Shown piece after piece: positions 1 through 9,520 of a DNA stretch of 64,000 nucleotides. The stretch is from Candidatus Poribacteria bacterium. GTDB taxonomy: Bacteria > Poribacteria > WGA-4E > WGA-3G. The notes under the pieces are model-generated. The model was not told the origin of the DNA. It ran no database searches and saw only the letters and a program-made list of their open reading frames with translations. The stretch lies in NCBI GenBank assembly GCA_965218285.1, contig OZ244616.1, forward strand, positions 1,728,133 to 1,792,132, read 5' to 3'. Position 1 is the stretch's first letter, and each line of letters starts with the position of its first letter. The position numbers were made by a program, and so were the translations under genes.

Positions 1-1771
1 TCTTCGCGCAAACTTCTCATTCCCAATTTCACAGCCAATTTGCGGAGTTCATTGCTTGAGACCTGTTTGAGTGCCAAATCGCGTAGTTCTTCAGTCATAA
101 AAATAACTTCAAAAATACCGATTCTACCTTTGTAGCCTCTACCACGACATTCTTTACACCCCTGAACGTTTGCACGTGGAATCTCTAACCCGGTATCCAC
201 ATGAACACCGTTGTTACTAAAGATTCCAGTAATTTCCTCTTCAGTTGGCTGATACATTTCGCAACAAGAACTACAAACACGTCGTGCTAACCGCTGTGCA
301 ATAATTCCTTCTACCGTGGACGCGACCAAATAAGGTTCAACATTCATATCAACGAGACGTGTGATTGCACCTGGCGCATCATTTGTGTGCAACGTGCTAA
401 AGACGAGGTGTCCTGTTAGTGATGTATGAATTGCCATTTCGGCAGTTTCGAAATCACGAATTTCACCAACCAGTACTTTATCTGGGTCTTGCCGCAGAAT
501 ATGTCGTAAGCCATCTGCAAAGGAGAAATTGATTTCAGGATTAACTTGAATTTGGTTTATACCTTCTAATTCATATTCAACTGGGTCTTCAAGTGTAATA
601 ATTTTAACTTGAGGAGTGTTGATCTCTTTCAGACAGGCATAAAGCGTTGTTGTTTTACCACTTCCAGTGGGACCCGTCGCGAGGATAATCCCGTGCGGCT
701 TATAGATCATTCGCTGGAAGAGAGCATAATTATCATCGGTAAGTCCAAGCTGCGCCAACCCAAATTCGATGGATTGTCGGTCAAGAATACGAAGTACAAC
801 ACTTTCACTATGCTGCGTAGCAACGGTAGGTACAGTAGAAACACGGAGGTCAATCTGACGTCCACCGAGACTGCCAATCTCCATATTAATTTTTCCATCC
901 TGTGGACGGCGACGTTCCGCTACGTCCATGCCAGCCATAATTTTGACACGCGAGGTAATAGCAGATTGAAGATAGGATGGCGGTTGTTGCTGATCCTCCA
1001 ACACACCATCAATCCGATATCGAATCTTCAGTTCAGCAGGATAAGGTTCAATGTGTATGTCACTGGCACCTGCGCGAACTGCATCAATAATCATCTGGTA
1101 AACTGCATCAACAACTGTTGGATCTTCACTGAGATCTTTTTCATCAATACCGAAGTCTTCAATACTTGCACGTTCTATTGTTGCAGCAGCACCAACCGGA
1201 CCTTTAATACCTGCGCTCAGAAGGGATGCAGCATCTCTACCGTAGCATTTAACAATTGCTTCCGATATTTCGTCCTTATCCGCAAGGAGAAGATTAATCT
1301 CACACTCAGTGACATATTGAATTTCGTCAATTAGCATGACATCTTGGACATCTGCTATAGCAACAGTAAGGACGTTACCTTCAAGATTCACCGGAACAAT
1401 TTTTTTGCGATTGGCGAAACTTGCCTGTACTTTTTCAAGAGTTTCTTTTTTAGGATTGATGTCTTCCAATTGAATGATAGGCGTTCCAAATTCTCTGCCT
1501 TTTTTTGCAAGTTCAAGGATTTTGGGTGAAACGTAATCGGCAATGATTACCTCTTCCGATTCACCTGCCTTTTCAATTTCATCCAGAATTTGTCTATATT
1601 TTTGGGATTCGGACTGTGGAGAATCTTCTGTTGCACTTTCGGTAGAGACAGGTTCTTTAACCCAACCCTCAAGAATTTTCTCATGAATTTCATGGTATTC
1701 CTGTTCCGAAACCAGATTTGCTTCTCGTAGTATCTCAACAAGTGATTTTTGAGTAGATGCACCGTACATAA
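1..1771 (-). CDS. Type II secretion / type IV pilus assembly ATPase (GspE/PilB family); C-terminal end cut by window edge
   Basis: Reverse-strand translation from ATG at 1771 gives Walker A GPTGSGKTTT plus VGEIRD and LVFSTLHTND blocks typical of GspE/PilB. Absent from the ORF track because there is no stop codon inside the window. The track ORF 609..1334(+) is antisense to it. Confidence 0.8.
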
Positions 1772-1859
1772 GTATTAATAGTTCCTTATTATTTTCGGAT
1801 TAACCAATGCATTATGACGCATCAGAAGTTAATCGGTTTACAATTCAATTGCCCAAACA

Positions 1860-1958
1860 CCTTATACCCAATTAACGGGATTTGTAGTGCGAGGTCCCCG
1901 TGCCTCGCAATGCTTGACTTTATCAGAAAACTTTTAATCAAGTTAATTTGGTATTATA
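1860..1958. repeat. MITE-like element, family 1 (TIR tacc(c)aattaac...gttaatttggta, central hairpin gcgaggtccccgtgcctcgc)
   Basis: Terminal inverted repeats and central GC hairpin are visible directly. Other copies are at 17034-17111, 20510-20598, 49181-49287 and 60222-60309. Confidence 0.7.
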
Positions 1959-2204
1959 TTGTCCGTTTTAGCAAAGCGTACTATCCTTATCATCACAAGT
2001 TATCGTACTGCTTCAAGAAAATTACATTTTCAGGAATTATAATTTTTGGGGGAATAATTGAACTTTCTTAGTCAATATCTTGAAAAGGCAAAATAACGAT
2101 TAGTTCTTTCTTCTGTTGATAACTGACATTTTAAGACGATACATATTGGAAAAAAGTTTAATATACCCAAAAAGTTTAATATACCCACCGAAACGTATTC
2201 ACCA

Positions 2205-2612
2205 CTCTTCGGGCTGGAGACCCCATCCTTTAGGTTGGGGAGGAAAGCCCGCTCCTATTATAGTTATAATTTGTCCCCAAAAGGGGGAGTGCTGTTTTAT
2301 CTCCACCTGCACACTGGGAGTCTGGATTCAGTTGTGCTGCTTCGTTCAGTGAGACTGTCACTACTCGCTTACTTGACCTGACACGATGTCTTTACCAGAA
2401 AATAATGGCTATAAGCCCACGCTCTCGCGGTATATGTTTCCCCATCGACATCACGGGATCAGAGCGGATACAGACTTGGGGAGCATCCGTAACATCTTGT
2501 TGCCTGCCACGACAAGACCCGCGATATATCGTCTAGTCAACCGTTTAACTTGTGGAGTGAACGCTTGGCATGCGCTTCGCACAAGCCCCATGCTTTAGCT
2601 TGGGGTTATTGA
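2205..2612 (+). repeat. A-type structured repeat, about 410 nt, copy 1 (possibly IS200/IS605-related, noncoding)
   Basis: Near-identical to 41765-42188 and alignable in blocks to 34540-34860. Ends in the hairpin ccccatgctttagcttgggg. The internal ORFs (2386-2598 here, 41955-42185 in copy 2) end in different frames between the two copies, so protein coding is unlikely. Confidence 0.6.
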
Positions 2613-2882
2613 CCTTATCCCGTTATAATCTACTTTAGTGAACTTTTTTCAAATGTTCTGATTAGATTTTAACTTTAATATGAATGTTTTTCTGTGTTAC
2701 TATTTACTATACTTTGGACAATTTTTAGAGTTCTTGAGTGATAGTCAAGGTCAATGGAAACACCTTAGACATCAATATAAGATTTATTGGGACACCTTTC
2801 GCCCCGCTGGGGCTAAGAGGGTTGTTCACCCGCGTTTCTATACACATTTCGCCCCGCTGGGGCTGCCTTTGCTGAACCTATA

Positions 2883-3021
2883 ATAACGTGAGTTTGATAT
2901 ATAGCAAATTCTAAACATAAATGGACATTTTCGTAGGGGTTAGGTTACCTAACCGCTACGGGGGAGAAGACCTCGCCCCTACGAGAAGCCCGACATCTTG
3001 TTTTTATCAAACTCACGTTAT
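2883..3021. repeat. MITE-like element, family 6 (TIR ataacgtgagtttgata...tatcaaactcacgttat)
   Basis: A 17-bp perfect TIR is visible. A second copy at 12806-12987 has the same TIR core, and a partial end is at 13385-13410. Confidence 0.65.
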
Positions 3022-3105
3022 AATAGTTTTTCTGTGGGTTACAACTTCGCACAAAACTCGTAGAAAAATAGAAAATACTTGAGAAAACAACATGAAACAG
3101 ATAGA

Positions 3106-3134
3106 AATTGTCCAAACTATAGTACTATTTAGGT
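3106..3134. repeat. Solo IS-end remnant resembling the right terminus of the IS4-family element at 30397-31953
   Basis: aaattgtccaaactatagtactatttagg matches the right IS end aaactgtccaaactatagtaaatgttagaa at about 20 of 29 positions. Confidence 0.35.
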
Positions 3135-3379
3135 GAATTTGTCCGGATATGTCCGACAATTGTACCGATTTATAAAAAGACACGTATAATAATCGTTCTG
3201 GTGAATGATTTTGTAATTTGTAATTTGTAATTGTTAACTTCTCAAAACCTGCGTTTTTCTATTTAGACCAAAATAGGGTTAATAAGTTCGAAAATTCGGA
3301 AAATAATGGTGGTGGATCGGTTTTTCTGGGTTTTTTCAGTAAATTTCACCAATCTAATGATTTTTATTAAACAATTTGC

Positions 3380-3409
3380 TTGACAATACGTTATAGTATA
3401 GTGTATCAT
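3380..3409 (+). promoter_or_regulatory. Sigma-70-type promoter candidate: TTGACA(3380-3385), 18-nt spacer, TATCAT(3404-3409)
   Basis: Consensus -35 and near-consensus -10 sit about 50 nt upstream of the sigma factor gene. RBS AGGAGAGGAG precedes the ATG at 3459. Confidence 0.45.
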
Positions 3410-3458
3410 ATATTTTTGGCAGATTTTTATAGAATTTTATTACAAGGAGAGGAGACGA

Positions 3459-4427
3459 ATGGAAACCGAGTTTTTCGGTGAAACAGAAGACATCAAAGGT
3501 GTTGACACATTTATAGATGAAGTATATCCGTCGGAAGAAACGGAGTATGTGAACGACTACAAAAGTAGTGATAAAAGTGCTTTAACCAGTTGGTTACGGA
3601 GTGTTGCGGGACATCGTTTATTATCTCGCGAGGAAGAAGTTGAATTAGCAAAACGGATTGAAGCTGGTGAAACCACTGCGCGTGACGAGCTTGTTCAGGC
3701 TAATTTGCGTCTCGTCATTTCTATTGCAGTCAAGTATCAGGGAAACAAGGTCCCGCTTGAGGACCTTATTCAGGAAGGAAATATTGGGTTAATCAAAGCA
3801 GCAGGTAAGTTTGATTATCGGAGGGGCTTTAAATTTAGCACATACGCGATCTGGTGGATTAAGCAATCAATTATGCGGACGCTTGATAACTTTGCTCGGT
3901 CAATTCGGTTGCCTGCATATATTGTTGCTAAGATGAACAAGTTTGATGCGACTTATGCGTCACTTTGTCAAGAACTTCAGCGAGAACCGACACGTGCGGA
4001 AATCGCAGAAGCACTTGATCTGACCTTGCAACAGGTAGAGGAAATTCTTACTTTTAATGCGGATACCATTTCAATGGATTTACCACTTGGAGATGAACGT
4101 TCATCTCGTTCGGCCGCAACGTTAGGGGATTTAATCGAAGACCCCGCAACAGCACCCGAAGATGGACCGATTGCCCAATTGATTAGACATGACTTGGTAG
4201 AACAATTCCTTAGCAAACTTCCGGAACGGGAGCAGAAGGTATTGAAAATGCGTTTTGGACTTGAAGATGGAGAACGGAAAACACTGCGTGAAATTGGAGA
4301 TGCTCTTGATGTAACCCGTGAACGTATCCGACAGTTAGAAATCTACGCCATTTCTCAGTTAAGCAGTCTTTACAACGAAATGGGTGAATTCCGCTCAGAA
4401 TACACGGCTGATCGAACCGCTGCTTGA
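3459..4427 (+). CDS. RNA polymerase sigma-70 family factor (RpoD/SigA-like, short N-terminal region)
   Basis: Region 1.2/2/3/4 blocks are present: [63 protein letters not shown]. Confidence 0.9.
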   Translation: METEFFGETEDIKGVDTFIDEVYPSEETEYVNDYKSSDKSALTSWLRSVAGHRLLSREEEVELAKRIEAGETTARDELVQANLRLVISIAVKYQGNKVPLEDLIQEGNIGLIKAAGKFDYRRGFKFSTYAIWWIKQSIMRTLDNFARSIRLPAYIVAKMNKFDATYASLCQELQREPTRAEIAEALDLTLQQVEEILTFNADTISMDLPLGDERSSRSAATLGDLIEDPATAPEDGPIAQLIRHDLVEQFLSKLPEREQKVLKMRFGLEDGERKTLREIGDALDVTRERIRQLEIYAISQLSSLYNEMGEFRSEYTADRTAA

Positions 4428-4448
4428 GTTGGGGCACGAAAGGCACTT

Positions 4449-5063
4449 ATGAAGAATTTGTTTAAAAAACTCGCGGGAACTGAAGCCTCTTTATTGGAAG
4501 TGACAAAGACCGCGCAAGAAAAGATTCAAGGTGTTATTGAAGCTGAAGACGTGGAAGTTGAAGGATTGCGGATTGGTATTGAAGGTCGTAGTGCTACCGC
4601 ATTCCAATATAGCCTCGGGCTGGCTACGGAAACCGAGGAAGACGACATCGTCATTGACATGGGAACTTTTAAGGTGTTGGTTGATGCAAAAAGGGCAGCG
4701 GACCTTAAAGGGGCAGTTATTGACTATGTTGAAGATCTCAATTCGAGTGGCTTTAAGATTGAAAACCCAAATACCCCAACATGGGACAATCCGAAGGCAC
4801 AGAAGATTCAAGAACTGATTGACGAACGCATTAACCCCGCTGTCGCCGCCCACGGTGGGCAGATTGATCTTTTGAACGTTGAAGACGAAACTATCTATAT
4901 CCACATGGGGGGTGGATGCCAAGGATGCGGCATGGCAAATGTCACGCTCAAACATGGCATTGAAGCAATGATTCAGGAAGTATTCCCAGAGATTAAGCAG
5001 GTCATTGATACAACAGACCACGCGTCGGGGACTAATCCGTATTATTCTGCTGGAAAAGGATAG
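4449..5063 (+). CDS. nfuA: Fe-S cluster biogenesis protein NfuA (degenerate A-type N-domain + Nfu C-domain)
   Basis: C-terminal Nfu motif HMGGGCQGCGMANVTLKHGIE. Length and domain order are colinear with E. coli NfuA. Confidence 0.8.
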   Translation: MKNLFKKLAGTEASLLEVTKTAQEKIQGVIEAEDVEVEGLRIGIEGRSATAFQYSLGLATETEEDDIVIDMGTFKVLVDAKRAADLKGAVIDYVEDLNSSGFKIENPNTPTWDNPKAQKIQELIDERINPAVAAHGGQIDLLNVEDETIYIHMGGGCQGCGMANVTLKHGIEAMIQEVFPEIKQVIDTTDHASGTNPYYSAGKG

Positions 5064-5168
5064 AAGGAATTCGCTGATTTCAGAAGTTCGTTTGGACGAA
5101 TAGATTTCAAATCGGATTCAACTACGATTCGTTTTATTATAGTGAGAGTTGGCTGGAGCAATGATGCT

Positions 5169-6164
5169 TTAGTCAACTTTTTTAATTTGTGCACCTATGT
5201 TGTTCGCATAAGTAATAAAACATGTGCCACCATTCGGCAATGTTGCAAGGAATTCTTCTGTTTTACGTTTTAAGGTATCTATATCCTCACTAACGGCACA
5301 AATTGCAGGTCCCCAACTACTAACACCAGCCCCTAATGCTCCGTTTGCTTGTAAAAAATCAAGTGTTTGCTGCAATTCATCACCTTGTGCATCAATCTCC
5401 ACCCTTTTCCAACCGAACGTTTGAATTTGGTTCAAAACGTCTCCGAAACTCTGCATATCGTTTTCAAGGAGTGCCGGTAATAGTTGCATCAGCAGTAGGT
5501 GTGATAATTTCGGTGCAACAGATGCAGGTTGTGGACATAGTGTTCGAAAGAGATTTAATTCTTCTTCGCCATAAATGCGCGAACAATTTGGCATGACAAT
5601 CAAGAGACGCCATGATGGAAACTTATGTCGAAGTAAAATCGGTGGTGGAGAAATATCATCTGCGGCAGCAGAAGGGAGAAAAGAGGATTTTTGTTCAGGA
5701 TAACGATGCCCTCCATCTACTATGAACCCACCCGTATCAAACGCCGCAATGCCGATGCCGGAAGTGCCACCACGTCCTACTGCGTTAGCAAGTTCTAAAA
5801 CACTTAAATTCAGATCATAGAAAAGGTTTACTGCAGAAGCGATACCAAGAGAGAGTTGTGTGCCTGAACCGAAGCCGCTATGCGTTGGGATTTCAGAGAT
5901 AAATTTTAGTTTAATGCCGGGAAACTGGTAGATTTTTTGCAGTTGTGCAAGAATAGCACACGCGCGTTCATGATAGGCAGAAGATTCAACGTAAATATCA
6001 TTTGACGGTTCGGCAATGATCTCAAAATTCGGTTCTGTGATGGCTAACCCGAACCCACCATCAATTCGACCGAGTTGGCCATTTAAATCAATTAATGAAA
6101 AATGGAGTCGGGCGGGGGTGGTAATTCTGATTTGGTTTATTGTGGTGTTAGTTTCGCCTTTCAT
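5169..6164 (-). CDS. GHMP-kinase-fold protein (beta-RFAP-synthase-like)
   Basis: Gly/Ser-rich phosphate-binding loop IPTHSGFGSGTQLSLGIASA and N-terminal ARLHFSLIDLNG block. Overlaps the upstream ABC ATPase gene by 17 nt. Confidence 0.5.
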   Translation of the reverse strand: MKGETNTTINQIRITTPARLHFSLIDLNGQLGRIDGGFGLAITEPNFEIIAEPSNDIYVESSAYHERACAILAQLQKIYQFPGIKLKFISEIPTHSGFGSGTQLSLGIASAVNLFYDLNLSVLELANAVGRGGTSGIGIAAFDTGGFIVDGGHRYPEQKSSFLPSAAADDISPPPILLRHKFPSWRLLIVMPNCSRIYGEEELNLFRTLCPQPASVAPKLSHLLLMQLLPALLENDMQSFGDVLNQIQTFGWKRVEIDAQGDELQQTLDFLQANGALGAGVSSWGPAICAVSEDIDTLKRKTEEFLATLPNGGTCFITYANNIGAQIKKVD

Positions 6165-6828
6165 CTTGCTCTATGAGACCGTCCCGAATGTGGAGGACGC
6201 GTCTTGCATGTTCCGCAACCTCAGGTTCATGCGTAACCATGATGATAGTATTACCTTCTTCATTAAGGCGGTCAAAAATAGCCAAAATCTCGGCACCAGA
6301 GCGTGTGTCCAAGTTTCCAGTTGGTTCATCTGCGAAAACGAGTGATGGCTTATTTACAAGGGCGCGCGCGATAGCAACGCGTTGAACCTGTCCACCGGAC
6401 AGTTCGGTTGATTTGTGGTCAACTCGGTCAGATAATCCGACTGCTTCCAAGGATTCAAATGCTCTACGTTTTCGTTCTTTTCTGCCCAAGCCAGAATAGA
6501 TAAGCGGAAGTTCAACATTGTGGAGAGCACTTGTTCTCGGAAGAAGGTTGAATGACTGGAATACAAAACCGATCTTTTTATTTCGGATGTCTGCTAAGCG
6601 GTTATCCGAAAGTTTACCAACCTCTTCACCTTCAAAGTAGTACTCACCGTCTGTTGGGGTAGCGAGACATCCCAAGATGTCCATCATGGTTGATTTCCCT
6701 GATCCGGAGGGTCCCATAATTGCGATAAACTCGCCTGACTCCACTGTGAAACTCACACCTCGCAATGCATGGACCTGTACATCACCCATCTCATAGATTT
6801 TTGTAATGTCTTTGACGTCAATTAACAT
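6148..6828 (-). CDS. ABC transporter ATP-binding protein (MacB/LolD/FtsE-like, stand-alone ATPase)
   Basis: Walker A GPSGSGKST, signature LSGGQVQRVAIARAL, Walker B LVFADEPTGNLD, H-loop VTHE. Confidence 0.9.
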   Translation of the reverse strand: MLIDVKDITKIYEMGDVQVHALRGVSFTVESGEFIAIMGPSGSGKSTMMDILGCLATPTDGEYYFEGEEVGKLSDNRLADIRNKKIGFVFQSFNLLPRTSALHNVELPLIYSGLGRKERKRRAFESLEAVGLSDRVDHKSTELSGGQVQRVAIARALVNKPSLVFADEPTGNLDTRSGAEILAIFDRLNEEGNTIIMVTHEPEVAEHARRVLHIRDGLIEQDERRN

Positions 6829-6859
6829 ACTATTTTACACCTCTTCTTTTGCTCATAGG

Positions 6860-6990
6860 TTACACCCAATTAACGGGATCTGTCCTATTTTCCAGACGGT
6901 AGGTGCGGTTTCCTAACCGCACCATAGGCGTCAATTTAGTGGTCCCCAACCCGGTAGGTGCGGTTTCTAACTGCACCTTTTTGTATCAAC
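6860..6990. repeat. Composite repeat: family-1 MITE left half fused to two REP-like hairpins (ggtaggtgcggtttcctaaccgcacc at 6898-6923 and the variant at 6951-6977)
   Basis: Direct inspection. Part of the nested repeat cluster 6829-7555. Confidence 0.6.
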
Positions 6991-7014
6991 ATCTCAAATA
7001 ACGCAAAGGACGAG

Positions 7015-7110
7015 AATATCAGTGTTCGTAGTCGCGCAATTCATAGCGCCTCTTTTCTTTGAATGTAAGAGGCGCAATGAATTGCGCGACTACAAACGAG
7101 TTCTTTCCTT
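7015..7110. repeat. Palindromic copy of the family-3 core (gaggcgcaatgaattgcgcgactacaaacg in inverted orientation)
   Basis: gttcgtagtcgcgcaattcatagcgcctc ... gaggcgcaatgaattgcgcgactacaaacgag. The same core occurs in 13818-13940, 27654-27767 and 30250-30356. Confidence 0.6.
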
Positions 7111-7160
7111 AAATTGACGCTTATGGTGCGGTTTCCTAACCGCACCATAGGCGTCAATTT
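7111..7160. repeat. 50-bp perfect-type palindrome centred on the REP-like hairpin (aaattgacgcctatggtgcggtttcctaaccgcaccataggcgtcaattt)
   Basis: Read directly. The outer arms are identical to the TIR of the family-5 element. Confidence 0.65.
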
Positions 7161-7372
7161 AGTGGTTTTTCAAATATGAGAAACCCTCTTTAGTCCCGTA
7201 GGGACGATATGTTTATAGAAAACGTGGTAACCCCAATCTCTTCAGCCCCGTAGGGGCGGAATGTTTATAGCAATGGGTTACCAATCGGGATATGTCGCTC
7301 GGACAGAGCTAAAGAGACGTGTCTGGACGGTGTACTATAAACATATCGTCCCTACGGGACTAAATGTCCGAC
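7147..7372. repeat. Long-TIR MITE-like element, family 5 (copy 1)
   Basis: About 225 bp identical to the interior of 46676-46934, with internal inverted repeats ctttagtcccgtagggacgatatgtttatag / ctataaacatatcgtccctacgggactaaa. Confidence 0.7.
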
Positions 7373-7440
7373 AATATCAATAACCATGCCTATTGATAAG
7401 GGTTCATAAAAACATAGACGTTTCCTTAAATTGACGCCTA

Positions 7441-7495
7441 TGGTGCGGTTTCCTAACCGCACCGATAGATTGGGATCAAGTTAATTTGGTATTAG
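7441..7495. repeat. REP-like hairpin plus family-1 MITE right end (gttaatttggtat)
   Basis: ggtgcggtttcctaaccgcacc at 7442-7463, followed by caagttaatttggtattag. Confidence 0.55.
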
Positions 7496-7555
7496 TTCTA
7501 TTGAATTCAGCACCTATGTTGTGATTTAGGAATTTACCTCAGACCTATTTATCTA

Positions 7556-9520
7556 TTATTTATTTTTATTTTCTTCACCCTTCGTCAATTCCATCATTGA
7601 GGGAACAAAAACGCGATCGCCTTCCTTGAGACCGCTGACGATTTCAAAATGTGTGTTATTGCGCCTGCCAACTTTAATATGTGTTTTAACCCCTTTTTCT
7701 TCGTCCTTCTTTTTTGGTGGTTCACCTGTGTCAAGCTTAACAAAATGCTGACGTTCGCTCCTAATTTCTGCTTCTATACCAGATAATCGGTTGTTATCAG
7801 AGATTACAATAGCAATCTCTGTTGGACCTGGGCGCATACCTTTCGGGGGTTCGTCAAACAAAATTTCAAGATTTCCGCGGGTTTCCGAGGGAGCAATTTT
7901 TACAACTTGTCCAGGAAATTGCTTGCCGATAAGGTTTTGGACTTTTAGTCTCTGGTCTTGCTGGAACTGTCCGAGTGCATCCGAAGCGACTGTGGCTTTT
8001 ACAGTAAACACCTCAGGACTTAATACTGCTGCTATCGGAATCTGAAGAATATCAGGTTTTTCAAAGACAATAATATCTACATCTGCCGACATTCCGGGTA
8101 ATAGTCGAAATTCTTGATCTGATATATCAACCTCTATATCAACCTCAAAGGTAATCACACCATTTCCGCCACCTTGACCTCGGGGGGTAGAACTTGGAGA
8201 AATTTCGCTCACTCTACCATTAAAAACTTTATTGCGATAACTATCAACTCGGATTTCTGCGCGTTGTCCCTCTTTTATCCTGCCGATTTCAACCTGATTA
8301 ATTTGTGTTTTGACAATCATTTGTGAAAGGTCAGCGATACGTATGATAGCTTCGCCACGGGAGAATGCAGAACGTCCAGAAGTGATAATCTCCCCCTCTT
8401 CTACAGCGAGGCGCGTAATTGTACCGGACATTGATGCTTTGACCGTTGTCCATTCGTAGCGTTCCTGCTGGGATTTAAGTCGACTTACAGCCTGGAGTAG
8501 GTTAGCTTTTGCACTAACTTTTGAATGTTTTGTCAGTGCTTTTTCGTCTTCAGTTGTTTCTTCCGCTTGTTTGAGTCGCGTGCGTGCGTTTTCCAAATCC
8601 GCAATTTGCTGCTTTTCCTGTGCATCTTGGGATTTTTTAACAGTCTCAACGTTCTTTTTATTTAGGGCAAGTGTTGCTTCTCGACTCTGAATGGCTTCCT
8701 TCATTGCCTTGATGGTTTCTTCTTGTGATTTAATCGTTTCCTTTTGGGATTCAACCTCTTTCTGGGCGGTTTCGTATTGCGAGGAATTCAAAGCGAGTTG
8801 CTTTTGGGACTGCTCCAATGTTTGCTGAGAAATAAGTTCTTTTTTAAAAAGTTCTTGGTTGCGTTCGTGTTCAGATTGTGTTGTCTCAAAGGTAATTTTC
8901 GCGGATTGGACACTTGCCTTCGCGCGATCAAGTGTTAATTTCGTTTGTGTTAAAGAGATCGCGCCCTGCTTCAATGAGATTTTGTCTCGGTTCAGCAAGT
9001 TCCGCGTTGTTGCAACAAGGGTTTCTGCTTCAATTATCCGTTGTTGCTTGTTTGCTTCAAAGGATTGAAGGTAAGCTTCGGCTTTAGCAACAGCGTTTTG
9101 TGCTTGAAGTAGGTCGCTTTTCTCCCGTTTCTCAGCAATCTGAATTCGGAGTTCTGCTTGGTCAAATTCGGCTTTTCGCGCATCTCGGTTGGCTTCTGCC
9201 TGCTTCTTTTCCTCAAGAATCTGCTCGGCGTCAATTCTCAGCAGCGGATCACCTTCCTGGACAAGGTCACCTTCTTCAACGAAAATTTCCTTTATTTCGC
9301 CCTCAACATTTGATCGAACATCCACCTCAATAAAGGGACGAAGGGTGCCAGATTCTTGAATTTTTACGAGGAATTCACCGCGCCGCACTACCTCGCGCTT
9401 GTCCTCATCTTCATCCTTTTTTTTACCAGAATTGATTCGGGTTGCACCTATCACACCTACTACGATGATAGCTATAGCAACCGCCATGATGATTAGCCAC
9501 TTCTTACGGATTTTGATCAC
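7556..9520 (-). CDS. HlyD/MacA-type periplasmic adaptor (membrane fusion) protein with unusually long coiled coil
   Basis: N-terminal TM helix, then about 300 aa of heptad-rich coiled coil, then beta-rich C-terminal domains. Its start overlaps the stop of the TolC-like gene (ATGA at 9520). Confidence 0.75.
   Translation of the reverse strand: MIKIRKKWLIIMAVAIAIIVVGVIGATRINSGKKKDEDEDKREVVRRGEFLVKIQESGTLRPFIEVDVRSNVEGEIKEIFVEEGDLVQEGDPLLRIDAEQILEEKKQAEANRDARKAEFDQAELRIQIAEKREKSDLLQAQNAVAKAEAYLQSFEANKQQRIIEAETLVATTRNLLNRDKISLKQGAISLTQTKLTLDRAKASVQSAKITFETTQSEHERNQELFKKELISQQTLEQSQKQLALNSSQYETAQKEVESQKETIKSQEETIKAMKEAIQSREATLALNKKNVETVKKSQDAQEKQQIADLENARTRLKQAEETTEDEKALTKHSKVSAKANLLQAVSRLKSQQERYEWTTVKASMSGTITRLAVEEGEIITSGRSAFSRGEAIIRIADLSQMIVKTQINQVEIGRIKEGQRAEIRVDSYRNKVFNGRVSEISPSSTPRGQGGGNGVITFEVDIEVDISDQEFRLLPGMSADVDIIVFEKPDILQIPIAAVLSPEVFTVKATVASDALGQFQQDQRLKVQNLIGKQFPGQVVKIAPSETRGNLEILFDEPPKGMRPGPTEIAIVISDNNRLSGIEAEIRSERQHFVKLDTGEPPKKKDEEKGVKTHIKVGRRNNTHFEIVSGLKEGDRVFVPSMMELTKGEENKNK

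Noticed and set aside
609-1334. 241-aa ORF on the + strand
   Set aside because: Lies antisense inside the clearly recognisable GspE/PilB ATPase gene on the minus strand and has low-complexity, Cys/Asn-rich composition, so it is a shadow ORF.
2386-2598. 70-aa ORF MSLPENNGYKPTL... (and twin at 41955-42185)
   Set aside because: The two copies sit inside a near-identical repeat but terminate in different frames after an indel, so conservation is at nucleotide level and not protein level.
2205-2612. RNase P RNA, because of GGAGGAAAGCCCGCUCC
   Set aside because: Only the short P4-like string is present and the other universally conserved RNase P blocks are absent. The element is multi-copy, which RNase P RNA is not.
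4531-4818. 95-aa ORF and other internal ORFs listed inside nfuA, ilvB, ggt, MTase etc.
   Set aside because: Alternative-frame or antisense ORFs nested in well-supported genes.
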